Source: Camelus ferus (taxonomy: Eukaryota). Taken from it: a DNA stretch of 64,000 nt. Position 1 is the first letter of the stretch; each line of letters starts with the position of its first letter. Position numbers and translations under genes: made by a program. The notes under the pieces are model-generated. The model was not told the origin of the DNA. It worked only from the letters and a program-made list of their open reading frames with translations, and ran no database searches. Shown piece by piece: positions 26,373 through 37,156 of this stretch. The stretch lies in contig NC_045696.1 in assembly GCF_009834535.1 (NCBI RefSeq), positions 46,316,001-46,380,000 on the forward strand, read 5' to 3'.

Positions 26373-27759
26373 GGCAAGTGAAGGAAATATCTGTGTGTAC
26401 TTAGAAAAAAGACCAAGTTATCTCTAGGAGCCAACGTAGAATCACTAAAACTAGCGTAAACCTATTTTTCTTTCGTAACACGTTTAATAAACTGATAGCT
26501 CAGTTGCACTGTGGCCGTTGGAGATGTTACAGATCTCTTGTTTTCACCTGCCTAGTATCTGTTTGCCTTGTTCTCTTAGTAGTACTCCAGTTTTACTTTG
26601 GAAATCTAATAGCCTTCTTTGCATGAAATTTTTTCTATTGTTTCTTTTACTTTTATTTTCAAAATATACTTGATACATACAAAAGAATAATGTAACATTT
26701 ATGTAAGTTATAAAATGAGCACACCTGTGAATCTAAGAAGTAGAATGTTACCAATACATTGCATCTATCTAAATATTTGTCCTAACTCGGCTCCCTGCCA
26801 CCTCCACCAGTGCCCCCTCCTCCTCACACCAGGTACCATGCAATCTTGGTGGGAGGGTCAAGCAAAGTGTTCTTTTCTACTCTGGCCAAAGGGTAAGCAT
26901 AAAACTTAGATAAAGGCAAGTGGACTGTTTCATTCCATTGTCCTCAGTGGCATGAAGAAAGGATGGAAAAGAGTTTGAGCAAATTAATCATAATGGAGAT
27001 ATTCTCACCAAAAGTGATCTTGATCCCTGGAGTTGAAAGTGTCCCTGGGCTTTCTGAGATCCAGTTCTGCAGCTCTTCATTCATTTCTAAGAGCCTTTCC
27101 ATTTCATCCCATAATTTCCTGCTTTTGTTTGAATTAACAAGAATTAGTATATTCCACCCATCAAAGAACTCCTCTCTGATAACATTAGTGAATGAAAATT
27201 TCATAAAACCTTTTGATAAAGTCATGTCAGATATTTTCAAGAGTGAGTTGCAAAAAATATGGATAGGATGAGAGTGAAATTAGAAATTAATGGTCACCTC
27301 TGGGGAGAACTGGAGAGGAACTGGACCAGGGAAGAGGGTTTCAATTATACATTCATTTTATTTCTTATAAAGAAATCTGAGACAATATAATAAGTTGTTA
27401 AATTGTAAGAAAGCTCTTACATGATCACTTATTTATATAATTCTGTATAAATTTCTTTAGGTTTAATTTTTTTAAATGTAGGTGAAATTAGGTGGCTCTG
27501 TCACAGGTTCAACAATAGTGGCCATGGGAGTGCTGATTAATGATCAATGTTAACCTATCAGGGGTAGGTGCTCTGGGTTCTGACTTAGACAATGCTTTCA
27601 ATAAATGACTTGGGACATGTAAAGAAAGCATCAAATTTGTGAATGAACCACACACAGTGAGATCAGAGGCAAATATATTGAATGGAATAATCAGCATACA
27701 AAAAGATGTTGGCAAATGGAATTCTAGGCTGAATTCCATCAGCTAAAGAAAAAAGAAAA

Positions 27760-28180
27760 CTCTACCATTTATTGAGCGCTTATTATATGACAAGCACTGT
27801 TTTAAGTATTTTACATACATAATTTTTATCAAATCCTTATAATAACCTTATGAGTTACATATTACCCACCCCCCTCAACCTATATACACGAAGAACTGAA
27901 GCAAACATAGGTTATGAAATTTGTCCACACAAATTAGTAAGTACTGGAGCCAAGCTATGAACTTATATTGTTTTACCTCCAAAGCCTTGGATCTCTGTTT
28001 TTTTGTTGTTTTTTTTTTTTTGTTGGGGAGGGAGATAATTAGGTTTGTTTGTTTGTTTGTTTGTTTGTTTAATGGACGTACTGGGGATTGAACCCAGGAC
28101 CTTGTGAATGCTAAGCATGCACTCTACCACTGATGTATACCCTCTCCTCCAAAGCCTTGGATCTTAACCATTATACAACA
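27760..28180 (-). mobile_element. MIR SINE (host of a Vic-1 copy)
   Basis: CCATTTATTGAGCGCTT...AAGCACTGTTTTAAG...AATCCTTATAATAACC...GAACTGAAGCA...TAGTAAGT. Confidence 0.85.
27995..28147 (-). mobile_element. Vic-1-type camelid SINE
   Basis: ATAATTAGG(TTTG)n...CTGGGGATTGAACCCAGGACC...ATGCTAAGCATGCACTCTACCACTGA; TSD TCCAAAGCCTTGGATCT at 27978-27994 and 28148-28164. Confidence 0.95.
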
Positions 28181-30194
28181 ACAGGTTTATAAAGGCTGAT
28201 ACCTCAGTTTTCCCAAAATAAATTATATAATACAGATGGAGGAGACATGGCTTAACAACCCACATTTCAAAAAAAATTTCTTTTAAAGAGTAAACACAAT
28301 AATGGTTGGCAGAGTGATGTAACTATCAGAAAAGTAAGTTCCATCCTAGGCTGCAATAATAGAAATTTTGTATCAAAGAGAAGGGAGCCATGGTCATAAT
28401 GTACTGCACACTGCCGCAGCCCCCGCCTGCTCTGCCTATCACACCAACAAAGACAATGGGCAGGGTGGGAGAGGAGACCAAGAACTGAAAATAGGAAGAA
28501 TGATTTATCTGAGACTGTTCGCCTGGAAAAGGCACAACTCAAGGCAGGAGGCAGTCATGAGACTGTCTTCATGCAACTCAAGTGGCACATGGAAAAGGGA
28601 TCAGATTGTTCTGGATGGCAACAAGGGTACAGGAAAAGGAACAATGGATAACACTTAAGAACAGAGAAGTTATGTTAAAGATTGGGAAGGAGTCTGCAGT
28701 GATCAAAACCATCAGAGGATGAAACAGATTGTCTCGGGAAGAAGGGAGTTCCCAAAAGCAGGATGTGTCATAGGACACCGTCCTTGTTCAGGATGGTGTT
28801 CAGCATGTTACTGAAGCTTCTCATGAGACAGTGGCTAGAAGGGCTGTCTAATGCTAATGCTAGTGCTTACTGACTTTATTATCAAATCCATTAGTGTAAA
28901 ATCATCGTCCACTTAGAGACCTATTTTTATGATATGATCCTTAAGTGACTCTTTGGTGACCCCTCTCCCCCTCCCCCTAAGGCAGAAAGCTTGCAGAACT
29001 AGGTGTCTAGAACCTTTGTACTAATCCATCTCTGCTACTAGCTGTATAATATTGAAGGACCCATTTAACCCTTCCTTTATAACTTCTTTATAAAGAAGTT
29101 CCCTCTGTCTGTCTCATCTTTACTTCACATGGATTTTAGTGAGTATGCTAGGCTCTCTCAGGTGTAAAAGTGCTTTAGAAAATGTAAACAATATGCAAGT
29201 ATAACCTACAATGACTACAATGTAAGTTCTGTTCACCATATACCTGGGACGCCCAACGTTTTCTGGTACCTGTGTCATTCCTAGATTCTCTCTGATCCTT
29301 TTTAGAATTTATAGTCTTTTTGTTTGTTTGTCTTTGCTTGTTTTGCTCATATGTTTTACAAATCTTTGTTGAGTTACTGCTACAAGTTAGGCAAAGTACA
29401 AGCTGTTGTGCTAATCACTGCTGGAAAACAAAATGATGAATGAGACATCATCATTTTCTTCAAGGTGTTTGCCATCAAATAGCGATCTCTATCAATATAC
29501 AAATAATGTAATACAAGGCAAGGTATTTGAATGCCTTAAGAGTAATACAGATGAAATGCTACAGAAGATCACAAGAGAGTGGGAATTCCAAGATGCTTTG
29601 GCTAGCATTGCCTGAGAAAAGCAGGGTGTTTTCCTTTTTCTTTCTATCCCAACTCTGGAATCCAAGAGAAGCTGGTTCTTTTCAAGATTATGAATTTTTG
29701 CATTGGTGCTGAGAAGTGGTCCAACTGTCCAGGTTCCAATTTTCAGTCCTTTTGCACTGGCCTTGGGGAAAGAGGTATGATTTTCTCTACCTTTCTCTTA
29801 CAGAGAGAAAAAAAAGTGATGCTCAGAAAGGTCAAGTACAAGTCAAAAATTGTTATGTAAGGCAGACCCTCATCTCTGCAATTATCTGAAGTTTCAATGC
29901 ACAAAACAAGGCTTGTTTCAAAGAGTGATTTATTACAAGTTTGCCTTTTTAGGTGCTTAATAATAGCCACCCCATAGGATGTTTGCTTTATCCTAGGATC
30001 AGGCTGACATCCTTTATGTGCAGAGATGCTGGACTTAGTAGAATGCAGGCTAAAGGGAAATTGCAAACACTGGGCAAGCAAGTTTCATCAGGTTCCATAA
30101 ACTCCATTTCATTTTGAGAGTTAAGTCTTAGAAAACTTCCTGCAAAGCAGTTGTCATTGGCTTGTATGTGTAAAAGATAAATAAAAATAATACT

Positions 30195-30370
30195 CATTGA
30201 ATGTTTAGTACGTTCCAGGTTTAAGCATTTTATATGGATTGTTTCATTTATGATTACTTTTATTAACCCTATTTTACAAACAAGGAAACTGAGTCTTGGA
30301 GTGATCAAGGAATTTTCCAAGGTTATACAGCTAGGGACTGGTGAAATCAGGATTTGATTTGGCACTCTCT
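30195..30370 (-). mobile_element. MIR SINE
   Basis: CCTATTTTACAAACAAGGAAACTGAG...CCAAGGTTATACAGCTAG...CAGGATTTGA. Confidence 0.8.
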
Positions 30371-31252
30371 AAAGAAGTAATGTAAAATAAGGAAATAAAA
30401 GATTGTTTATAGATATATATTTAAACAACATATACATACACATGAACATACAAAAACACTGTACATACACATTTACACACATATTTAAATTTACTCTCCC
30501 CAAATTATTTTATGTGGCTTACAATGAAATTTCAAATAAAATGAATTTAAGAAAATGGACAATCGAAGCTATGAGAAGGAGGAATATGTTAACCATGTGG
30601 GTTCAACCTGTAATTGACCATCAAATGTGAAAACATGAAAGGAAAAGCCTTTTCTTGTAGACCCTTTTTAATGCCATTTCACTCAGGAAACCAACAGTTG
30701 TTTTTATTCTCATAACCCTACATTATAAAAATTAAATAAACTCTCTGAAATCTATGATTTTTCATATTTTTATTTTTGGGACATTACTGGCATTTAAAAT
30801 TTCTTGACATTTATTCTTAAATGAGGTAATTAAAAATCTAAAAAGTATTTCCTAAATGGTAAAAGTACTATAATACATTTAGTTCTAAGACTCTTATCCT
30901 TACTGAGTGGAAAGGCCCCGTCTATCATACATGAGACTGGAATTCTATTCTATCACTTCTAGGAGCAGGCAATTTTCCTTTTCCAGAATTCTGGTATGCA
31001 CAATGCCTAGCACACAGATCCTTCTCAATAAATGATCTGCAAAAGAACATTGAATGATGGCTTATACTGCCACATGATGCTCAGTGTACCACCAATGTAT
31101 CATATGTGTTTAAAAACTGTGTAATTATCTGGATCTCAAGGCTCTGTGGACCCACCAGTTTTCCAGTAGCAATAATGACTTGCAAAGACTCATGTCTATG
31201 CACTTCTTCATGCTCCCTTGCATCAGTCCCAGTCAGTTAGCACCTTATACTG

Positions 31253-31636
31253 TCGAAGATCTCCAAACTTGAATGCAAAAACCCCGGGGCACGTGATACT
31301 CCATATCATCAGAGTATGGGAAGAAAATATTAAAACTCTTATTTAATTTTTATTTTTATCTCATGCATTTTCATTTTGTTTTTGTGAGTGTATGGTTTGT
31401 AATAATAAATAATAAATCCATGCAGTTGGCATTTTTATTTGATTTTATTTTTTAATTTTTGATGCAGAGAAAGGCTTATTGCAGGGCTGAGCAAGGAGAT
31501 TGAATGGCTAGTGCCTAAAAAACTCCAAACTCAGTGGTGCATTTTTAAAACATACATAAATATACATATACTGAGGGTACATGCTCAAACATTTTACTGA
31601 TCACAATGTGTGATCTAAAAGTTTGAAAACTGTAGC
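31253..31636. mobile_element. hAT-Charlie-type DNA transposon remnant
   Basis: TCTCCAAAC...GGGAAGAAAATATTA...GGGTACATGCTCAAA...TTTTTACTGAT...AAAAGTTTGAAAAC. Confidence 0.6.
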
Positions 31637-33672
31637 TCTAAATAATTCTGTTAAGCTAAGCGTAATGCAACCAAAAAAAAAAAAAATCTTTGTGACCATT
31701 AAGAAATAAAGAATGTTTTCTTATAGTTGGGGTTGGTGGTAGGGGTGGGAAGTGGACTGGTCTTTTATATTTTTCACAATGTGAATATACTAGCAAAAAA
31801 TTCACATTTCACTCAGCAATTAAATATAGCAACTTGTGTTGATTTTTTTTCCCTCTTCAAAAAGGAGCACAGTGAAATCTTGAGAAAGTTTTTCTAGCTT
31901 TTCCTCCATCTGCCTCTTGTCCCTGAAGTTTGTCATTTGGAAGGAAAGACTGTGTCGGGTATTAAGAGTTGTGGGTTTAAGTTCTTTCTTCACTAGTATT
32001 CTGTGTAATCTTGAGCAGGTTCTATAATTTGGCCCTGTCCCATTTCTCTTATGGAGAAAATAGAGACAATAATACTTAGCACCAAACTCACAGCAGTGTG
32101 TAGTGTGGATAAAGACCACTTTGCTCCTTCTGCCCACTAAATGCAGAGCATCATTAACATAACTTTTAATAGTATCAGTTCAAACTGCTGTGATTTGATA
32201 TACTCTTCCCTTTAAAAATTATTTTCCTCTAAAAAATAAACAAAACATCACATTTTTAAATACCACTATTTGTTTTCTAAACTTCATAAACTTAAGTATT
32301 CTCTGTATCTGTTTCCCATTCCGTCTTTCACTTACAAACACACTTATTTGGTAACTTTATGGATGTGAGAGAAAAACCTCAAGATAACATCAAGGAAATA
32401 AACGGGGATTTGAATTAAGTTCTCTTATCCAGCTTTCCTTTAAGTTTTAAAGCTACACATCTAGGCCATAAAATCGTAATGTTTATTTAATCTTCAAAAT
32501 GTTTATGTTTAAGAATAATTCGCAGACTTAAATCAGAAAGAACCTTAAGAAAACATCTAGGGCCTATGGTAATGTCTGGTACACAGTAGATGCTGAATAA
32601 ACATTTAATGAAGGGAAACTGGGGGAAGCTTCTTATTTTAAGCTTAAAAGAAAAAATGAAAACAAAACCCCAACCCAAATCTGAGCATCAAAGGGGCTAA
32701 ATGAGTTGCTCAAGATCGTTTAGTGAGTTTTAAGAGTAGGGTCTAGAATCTATTCCTCTTAGTTTCCAGCTATGGCTTTTTCCTAGCAACCTGTTGACTT
32801 GTTTATATAGGACTGTCAAACATAATTTGTCAAAAGGGCATCATAAAGAAAAAAAATCAGAAAGAACAGCCCTTGGGTTCACCATCTCCCAAAGTCACCC
32901 AACACGTGATGTTCACATATTATGTGAAATATATAAAGTAAATATCATATATAGTATGAAAATTATAAATCTTACACATATGGATTCAAAAGGCCTGTTT
33001 TTAAGGAAAGGGGTCAATAGCTAATCTTTCATAACTTATTCTACTGTACAGCACAGTTTGTGTGCCCACACAGTTGATTTGCAGTCCTCTGACCAGCCAA
33101 AAGTAGATTGGCTAGTTCAACCAAATATTTATCCTTGTTTCTGTGTATTGTTGTATTGATTTTTCTCAATTTACCTACAAATGAAGCACTAACAACTTCA
33201 ATGCATTTTAGTCCTAATAAACTTATCTTGCACTCCTTTGGCCTATGTGATCGCTAACCCATTGACCCAAAGATATCCATGCTGATAAAAGCCTTTCGTG
33301 GCCACTTGTTAGCCAGGTCAGACTGTAAAATCATGACACAATGCATGCCTCTTCCATGGGGCACCACACGGCCACGATTTAAAAAAAAAAACCAAAAACC
33401 CCTACTTCCATATCCAGTGGAGTTGTAGTTTATTACTATAACCCTCCCAAGTCAAAAGGACACCAGTTTCAAGCCTTGAAACTTGGTGCAGAGAGGGTCT
33501 TTCCTCCTCAACCCACTCTGCTGGGCCTCTCTACCTGTCTTCTCCCACTGTCTACAGGTCCCGAACATTAGAAAATAGAAAATGTGATGATCTTTGTGTG
33601 TCTCTGTAAAATGTGTGTATGTGTGCGTGTGTTTGGGTGTAACGGGCCTTCTGTTTGGCCGCGTGGCCTGTC

Positions 33673-33712
33673 CGTCACGGCGCGGGCCAATGGCAGGCTG
33701 CCTTATATAAAA
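33673..33712 (+). promoter_or_regulatory. BBX: Core promoter: half-CRE CGTCA (33673), CCAAT box (33687), TATA box TATATAAAA (33704-33712)
   Basis: Motifs read directly, lying ~25-30 bp upstream of exon 1 sequence. Confidence 0.75.
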
Positions 33713-33734
33713 TGAGTGTTTTCAGTCTCTCCGG

Positions 33735-33880
33735 GTTGCATGTACTGTATGTGGAGCAGTGTACAGTGAAGCGGAGGCAGAGCGGCTCCGCGAGCTCCTC
33801 TCCACTTTCCCATAGAGAACCCCTGACTGGCCGCTGAGGGCGAGCCACACACACGCCCTCACGCCCCGCGAGCCCGCGAG
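33735..33880 (+). other. BBX: BBX non-coding exon 1 (5'UTR); TSS approximate
   Basis: GTGTACAGTGAAGCGGAGGCAGAGCGGCTCCGCGAG...CCCTGACTGGCCGCTGAGGG...CACACACGCCCTCACGCCC matches my recollection of the human BBX mRNA 5' end; donor GAG|GTAAGC at 33880/33881. Confidence 0.85.
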
Positions 33881-33988
33881 GTAAGCGCCCCCCATCCCCA
33901 GCCCTTCCCGGGCGCTCTCCCCGCACTTTCTGTTTTCCTACTCACTTGCGAGCCGCCGGGCTGCAGCCCCAAGGACTCCGCGGCAGGA

Positions 33989-34011
33989 GCAGCGGCGGCG
34001 GCGGCGGCAGC
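33989..34011 (+). repeat. Short (GCG)n tract
   Basis: GCAGCGGCGGCGGCGGCGGCAGC. Confidence 0.9.
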
Positions 34012-34671
34012 CGGTAGGCTGGACTTGAGGAAGACGGAGGGAACCCCGCGCGTCCGGAGCCGCCGCCAGCCGGCCCGCTCCCCGGGCACTTTCCCCCTCC
34101 GCCAAAACTTTGGGTCGGGAGAGGTCGGGGGCGAGGGTCGCGGCCGCCGCGCCGGCGGGGGGCGGGGGGCGCGGAGGCAGTGCCCTGGGGCGGGAGGCTG
34201 GGGGCCGGGCTGGGGAGTAGTAGGCCAGCCGGTGCCAGGCTGCGTTTGCAACCAGCACCTCTCGGCACACAGGCAGCGCCGCCCGAGAGGGGCACGGGAG
34301 CCGGGGCGCGGGCAGGAGCAGCCCGAGGAAAACAACAACAGAGCCCTCACGCCGGCGGGCGGCTCGTGGCCGCCCGGGGAGCCCCAAACTTCATCTCGGC
34401 GAAAGTACGTGGAGCCCAGCTTGGGCTCGGCTGACGGGGAGGTGGGGCCTGGGGAGTCGGGGCAGGGGAGGAAGGTACGAGGAGCCAGCCCTCAGTGGAT
34501 TTATTGAACGTTTCGTGTGCGTCGGTGACCGGGAACAGCAGCCCAGTTGCTCGTTCATCTGGAGAGTTGGGATTTGGGTGTTCCGGCCCCGCAGATCGGT
34601 GCCCTCTCACCCCCCACCCCTAACCAAATGCGCGGCGAGTAGAGAAAGTGCTGTTTTAGTGCCAGAGTGGC

Positions 34672-34843
34672 TAGGAGGAAGAATGGGGGAGAGGGGGAAG
34701 AGGGCGAGGGAGAAGGGGAGAGAGAAGAGGGAGGGAAAGCCGGCGGGGGGGGGGGGGACGGGAGAGAGCGAGCGAGCGAGCACCAGAGAGAGAGAGAACG
34801 AGAGAACGGGAGGGAAGAGAGGAGGGGGAAGAGGAGGAGGGAG
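34672..34843 (+). repeat. GA-rich polypurine tract
   Basis: Nearly all G/A with G runs and GAGA/GAGC repeats. Confidence 0.9.
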
Positions 34844-36058
34844 GCTGTGTCAGGATTTTGCTTGAATGTGGGATTATGTTGTGTCAATAAGTTTAAGGTG
34901 GAGAGAGCGAAGCTGGGGGTGGTGGTGGAGGGGAGGAGGAAGGCCTTGGCTGTTTAAAGTCTTATTTCTGAAGGTAAGTTATGGCATTGCATGGTCGCGA
35001 TGACAGAAAACTTGCAGATCCTTTATCCGGGGATGGGGTCGATGCCTCTAGAAAGAGCTCCCCAGCCCTCTTAAGCCACACTCGTGTTACACTGTTATTT
35101 GCTGCGATCTGGGTCGCTAGTAGATTACAGAAATCAGACTCGAGGTTTCTTTTCCTCCTCCACCTCGTCTCGCTCGCTCACCCTCAGAAATTTATTATTA
35201 TTTTTCTATTTTTTGGTATTGTATGAAACTTAACGTAACTGAGACCAAACCCGAGTCCTGTAATTTACAGGGACCCTGAATCCAAGAAAATGGAACACGT
35301 TTATGTGTGAAATATCCGCGATCATTTCAGCTAAATGAGGAAGGTAAAACGAAACGATGCAAAAAGCTAAGACACAACATGTACGACAGAGGGGGGGGGG
35401 AGAGGGAGAGACGGAGAGAGAAGCTATTTTTTGCTTTCCTTTCTGTAGAAAGAAAATAAAGCGTGCATTCCCCTTCCCTCCTGGTGTGTAGGGTCTAGTC
35501 AGTATTTTAACTGTCTGAGGACAAATTAGTCCAGGTGGATCTCGTTGAAAAGTTTCGCGAGGTGGGGTGGAGGTGGGGGGGGGGAAGAAGGGGAAGGTGG
35601 GTGGAGGTGGTGGGGGATGGGGACGGAGCGAGCTCTGCCTCTGCTAATGGTCATTGGCCTGGGGCTTTGAAACCATTGCCTGTCCTGCTAATGACACGTC
35701 CAGTTCTCATCTCCCGGCCGCGGACGCCGGGCTGCGGGGGACTGGGGTACTTTCCCCGCGCGCGGAGAGGCGGTCTTCGCCATCCCCTGGGGTTGCCCAC
35801 TCGCGGCGTGGGGCCCCACGCGCGCCCCCTCTTATGCGCGCCGCCGCCACCTCTGCTCGCGCGACTTTTGTAGCCAGCCCGCGGCGAGGGGGCGCAGGGG
35901 GTCCCCAGCGCGGACGTCCCCGCGCGGCCACCCTGCTCCCGGCCCCACGCGCGCCGCGCGGTCCAAGCCCGGAATGGCAGCGCCGGGCCGGGCGGCGGTG
36001 CCTCCCCGGGGGCAGCGGAGGCAGCGGCGGTGGCGGCGGGATCTTCGCCGGGGCCCGC

Positions 36059-36118
36059 GGGAGGAGGAGGAGAGGGAGGAGGAGGAGGGGAAGGAGGAGG
36101 AAGAGGAGGAGAGGGAGG
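36059..36118 (+). repeat. (GAG/GGA)n polypurine tract
   Basis: GAGGAGGAGGAGAGGGAGGAGGAGGAGGGGAAGGAGGAGGAAGAGGAGG. Confidence 0.9.
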
Positions 36119-37083
36119 CGTTTTCTGCCCAGACCGCCGCCAGTTCGAGCGGGCATGGGGACGGGGACACCCCACTCGTTGCTCCTCCGTTATGGAAAGG
36201 TGTTTAGCAGACTTTTACGCCCAGAGTGTGGGATTTGCACTTCATTTTTTTTCTCCCCCCTCTTCCCCAAAGCAAGATGGACTCTATTCCCTTTCTCTTT
36301 CTCCCTCTGCCTCTGCCTCTGTCTTGTCAGCCTTTAAGATCGACATTTTGTACTAAGATGCAAACTTGATGGTGACCAGCAACAAAGCCGGGGTGGGATC
36401 CCTCGTTCCCTTCCTCCCTCTCCGTTTCCTAGCCCTCCCTACCCCCAACCACAACCCCGACCTCGAAGACCTGGTGGCCCTGCACTTGACGCCGGGGGGC
36501 TCTGGCGACTGTGTTTCTCCTCTCTGTTGCGATATCCAGTCTGGGGATTGTGACCGCGGACGGGCGTTTGGGCGATGGCTGTGGCCGCCCAGGTCTGCAG
36601 GGCTGAGGGCTGCACTACCTGGACTCGTTGCTGTCGCCCTGCTACCTCCAGCCCGCTACTGGGAACCAGGGAGGCTCGGACTGCCTATCGATTGCCATGA
36701 TTTGGTTACTGGTATATTTGTTCTGGGGGCGGCGATCACTTGTGCAAGTTGATGAATGATCGCGGTATGGGTTTTGGGTTTGCAGAATGGATCAACTTTC
36801 TGCCTTGTGCATACCGGGAGTAGGGAGCGAGGGTGCTGGAGACACCCTAGAATGCCAACTGCGCTGCCCTCAGTCTTTGCCCTTTGAGTACAGGGAGCTT
36901 CTTTGCCTTTATTGCCACAGTTCGAGCGTGGGGGTGGGGATGGGGGTGAAGAGAGGGGAGGGGTTGTTGGGGAGCTGGACTCCTGGGTTTCCAGGGTCCT
37001 TCCTTCATAGATGTTGTAGGAGTTGGGATTCAGTTGTAAAGCTCTATCATACTGATGATGTACCTTTATTTGATACTTTATAG

Positions 37084-37156
37084 GTCACTATCATATGACA
37101 AAGGCTTTGCTGCAGTTCATCTTCCTCCCCCCTGTACTTTCCATTTGCCTTCCTGG
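37084..37156 (+). other. BBX: BBX non-coding exon 2 (5'UTR), 73 nt
   Basis: Acceptor TTTATAG|GTCACTATCATATGACAAAGGCTTTG, branch-like CTGAT at 37052, donor TGG|GTAAGT; joins exon 1 as in the recalled BBX mRNA (...CCCGCGAG|GTCACTATC...). Confidence 0.88.

Larger units (their letters stand above)
27190..28830 (+). mobile_element. L3/CR1 LINE remnant (RT region to 3' part), interrupted
   Basis: Translates to NFIKPFDKVMSDI (CR1 RT DFSKAFDKV); later GTGATGTAACT...CCTAGGCTGCAATAATAGAA and GGGAGTTCCC are L3 motifs. Confidence 0.75.
33640..36770. promoter_or_regulatory. BBX: CpG island at the BBX promoter
   Basis: Sharp rise in GC and CpG density against CpG-depleted flanks; GC boxes and GCG/GAG repeats. 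Confidence 0.95.

Noticed and set aside
26963..27271. Reverse transcriptase gene
   Set aside because: Only a short degraded CR1 motif within a heavily interrupted fossil
33701..33712. CArG box (SRF site)
   Set aside because: CCTTATATAA lacks the closing GG of CC(A/T)6GG; better read as a TATA box
33655..36752. Many long overlapping ORFs in the CpG island (e.g. 35654-36337, 227 aa; 35651-36175, 174 aa)
   Set aside because: Low-complexity Arg/Gly/Pro frames on both strands caused by stop-codon depletion in GC-rich DNA; many have non-ATG starts and none shows a recognisable domain
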